33,102 bases of DNA, taken from contig CAYZGY010000002.1 of the NCBI GenBank assembly GCA_964478085.1, forward strand, positions 1 through 33,102, in the 5' to 3' direction. The stretch's first letter is position 1; each line of letters starts with the position of its first letter. Shown here piece after piece: positions 32,490 to 33,102 of this stretch. Both the position numbers and the translations under genes were made by a program. The notes under the pieces were generated by a model. The model saw nothing but the letters and a program-made list of their open reading frames with translations. It made no database searches and was not told where the DNA came from. Source of the stretch: an uncultured Planctomycetia bacterium (GTDB lineage Bacteria > Planctomycetota > UBA8108).

Positions 32490-33102
32490 ATGATTTCACC
32501 GCTTGATTCCTGCCGCCGCACTCTCCAGGGGCACCTGACATCGTACCTCTCTCTGATCCTTCTCGCGGTCTTTTGCATGTCGCCTCATATCGGGCGTACC
32601 TCGAATCGAATCAGGAGGGCTACCGCGGCTGAAACAGAGAAGGCGGGTGCCGATAAGACGAACAAGCCCCGCCCCAACGTGCTCTTCATCGCCGTCGACG
32701 ACCTCAACGACTGGATCACTCCGCTCGGCGGTCACCCGCAAGCGAAGACCCCGAACCTCGACCGACTCGCTGCGCGCGGTGTCGTCTTCACGCGAGCGTA
32801 CTGCTCGGCGCCGGCGTGCAACCCGTCGCGTGCGAGTTTGATGACGGGACGTCGTCCCTCGACCTCGGGCGTCTACCACAACCCGCTCCCCTGGCGTCTC
32901 GCGATGCCGAATGCCGTGACGATCTCGCAACACTTCATGGCAAACGGTTACGCAGTCGGTGGAGCCGGCAAGATCTTCCACGGCGCCTTTCCCGATCGTG
33001 CCTCGTGGCAAGAGTACTTCCGTCAACCCGGAGATCCGAAACCGAAGAAGCTGCCCGTCAACGGACTCCCGAAGACGCGTCACTTCGATTGGGGACCCGT
33101 CG
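32490..33102 (+). CDS. Formylglycine-dependent sulfatase (arylsulfatase family), N-terminal part; continues beyond the right edge
   Basis: Hand translation; the ORF is open-ended and not in the track. ATG 32490 gives MISPLDSCRRTLQGHLTSYLSLILLAVFCMS...KPRPNVLFIAVDDLNDWITPLGGHPQAKTPNLDRLAARGVVFTRAYCSAPACNPSRASLMTGRRPSTSGVY... with the C-x-P-x-R signature (CNPSR). Confidence 0.85.
   Translation, partial: MISPLDSCRRTLQGHLTSYLSLILLAVFCMSPHIGRTSNRIRRATAAETEKAGADKTNKPRPNVLFIAVDDLNDWITPLGGHPQAKTPNLDRLAARGVVFTRAYCSAPACNPSRASLMTGRRPSTSGVYHNPLPWRLAMPNAVTISQHFMANGYAVGGAGKIFHGAFPDRASWQEYFRQPGDPKPKKLPVNGLPKTRHFDWGPV

Noticed and set aside
1-33102. Hypothesis that TAA is reassigned to a sense codon, because three in-frame TAA codons (4865, 10289, 22683) interrupt otherwise continuous genes
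   Set aside because: TAA also terminates the symporter (3365-3367), the MMPL gene (9587-9589), fucD (16202-16204) and gene 19810..20479 at positions where the proteins look complete. Read-through would add short non-homologous tails. The interrupted genes also carry other lesions (deletions, duplication, insertion), and one further premature stop is TAG (805) and another TGA (27309). Ordinary nonsense mutations explain the data better.
1-33102. Search by eye for CRISPR arrays, tRNA/rRNA genes, IS elements, integrases and long direct or inverted repeats flanking an island
   Set aside because: Nothing was found beyond the short tandem repeats and the single 25-bp hairpin listed above. All intergenic spacers are under about 250 nt and lack cloverleaf-like or array-like periodicity. 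A computational scan (tRNAscan, Infernal, repeat finder) would be needed for certainty.

Overview
High-GC bacterial chromosomal segment (about 62-66 % by eye, not computed) with roughly 35 gene-sized features on both strands. I found no rRNA, tRNA, CRISPR array, transposase or integrase.

Intact genes:
- Na+/solute symporter
- creatininase-family amidohydrolase
- ceramidase-like exo-hydrolase
- MMPL/RND exporter
- DUF4416 protein
- arylamine-N-acetyltransferase homolog
- receiver-domain-fused GspE/PilB secretion ATPase with no partner genes nearby
- L-fuconate dehydratase
- IGHMBP2/Upf1-like SF1 helicase
- nicotinamidase PncA
- M16B peptidase subunit
- large secreted (alpha/alpha)6 glycoside hydrolase
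- YncB/CurA-type NADP oxidoreductase
- VapBC toxin-antitoxin pair
- vWA lipoprotein
- formylglycine-type sulfatase, cut by the right edge

The sulfatase, the dockerin-like Ca-binding repeat exoproteins and the hairpin type suggest a Planctomycetota- or Myxococcota-like heterotroph. This is inference only.

The most unusual property is a mosaic. About 23 kb of flawless ORFs is interleaved with at least eight clearly broken genes plus two probable remnants. The lesions are premature TAG/TAA/TGA stops, frameshifts, internal deletions and truncations. They cluster in specific genes: an esterase, an alpha/beta hydrolase, rsgA, an ADP-ribosylglycohydrolase, the active M16 peptidase subunit, two dockerin-type exoproteins and a small exported protein. 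That clustering argues for real gene decay rather than uniform sequencing error, although three frameshifts sit in short homopolymers and need read-level checking.

Other points worth a second look:
- an 18-nt AT-rich in-frame insertion (SD-like AGGA, then ATG-TAA) that breaks the M16 peptidase
- a low-GC two-gene cassette (60-aa protein plus minimal nucleotidyltransferase)
- a perfect 25-bp inverted repeat acting as a probable bidirectional terminator
- a small exported protein built only of secretin-N-type domains

I do not see a clear, complete novel multi-gene system. All functional calls come from motif recognition in the translations, not from database searches.
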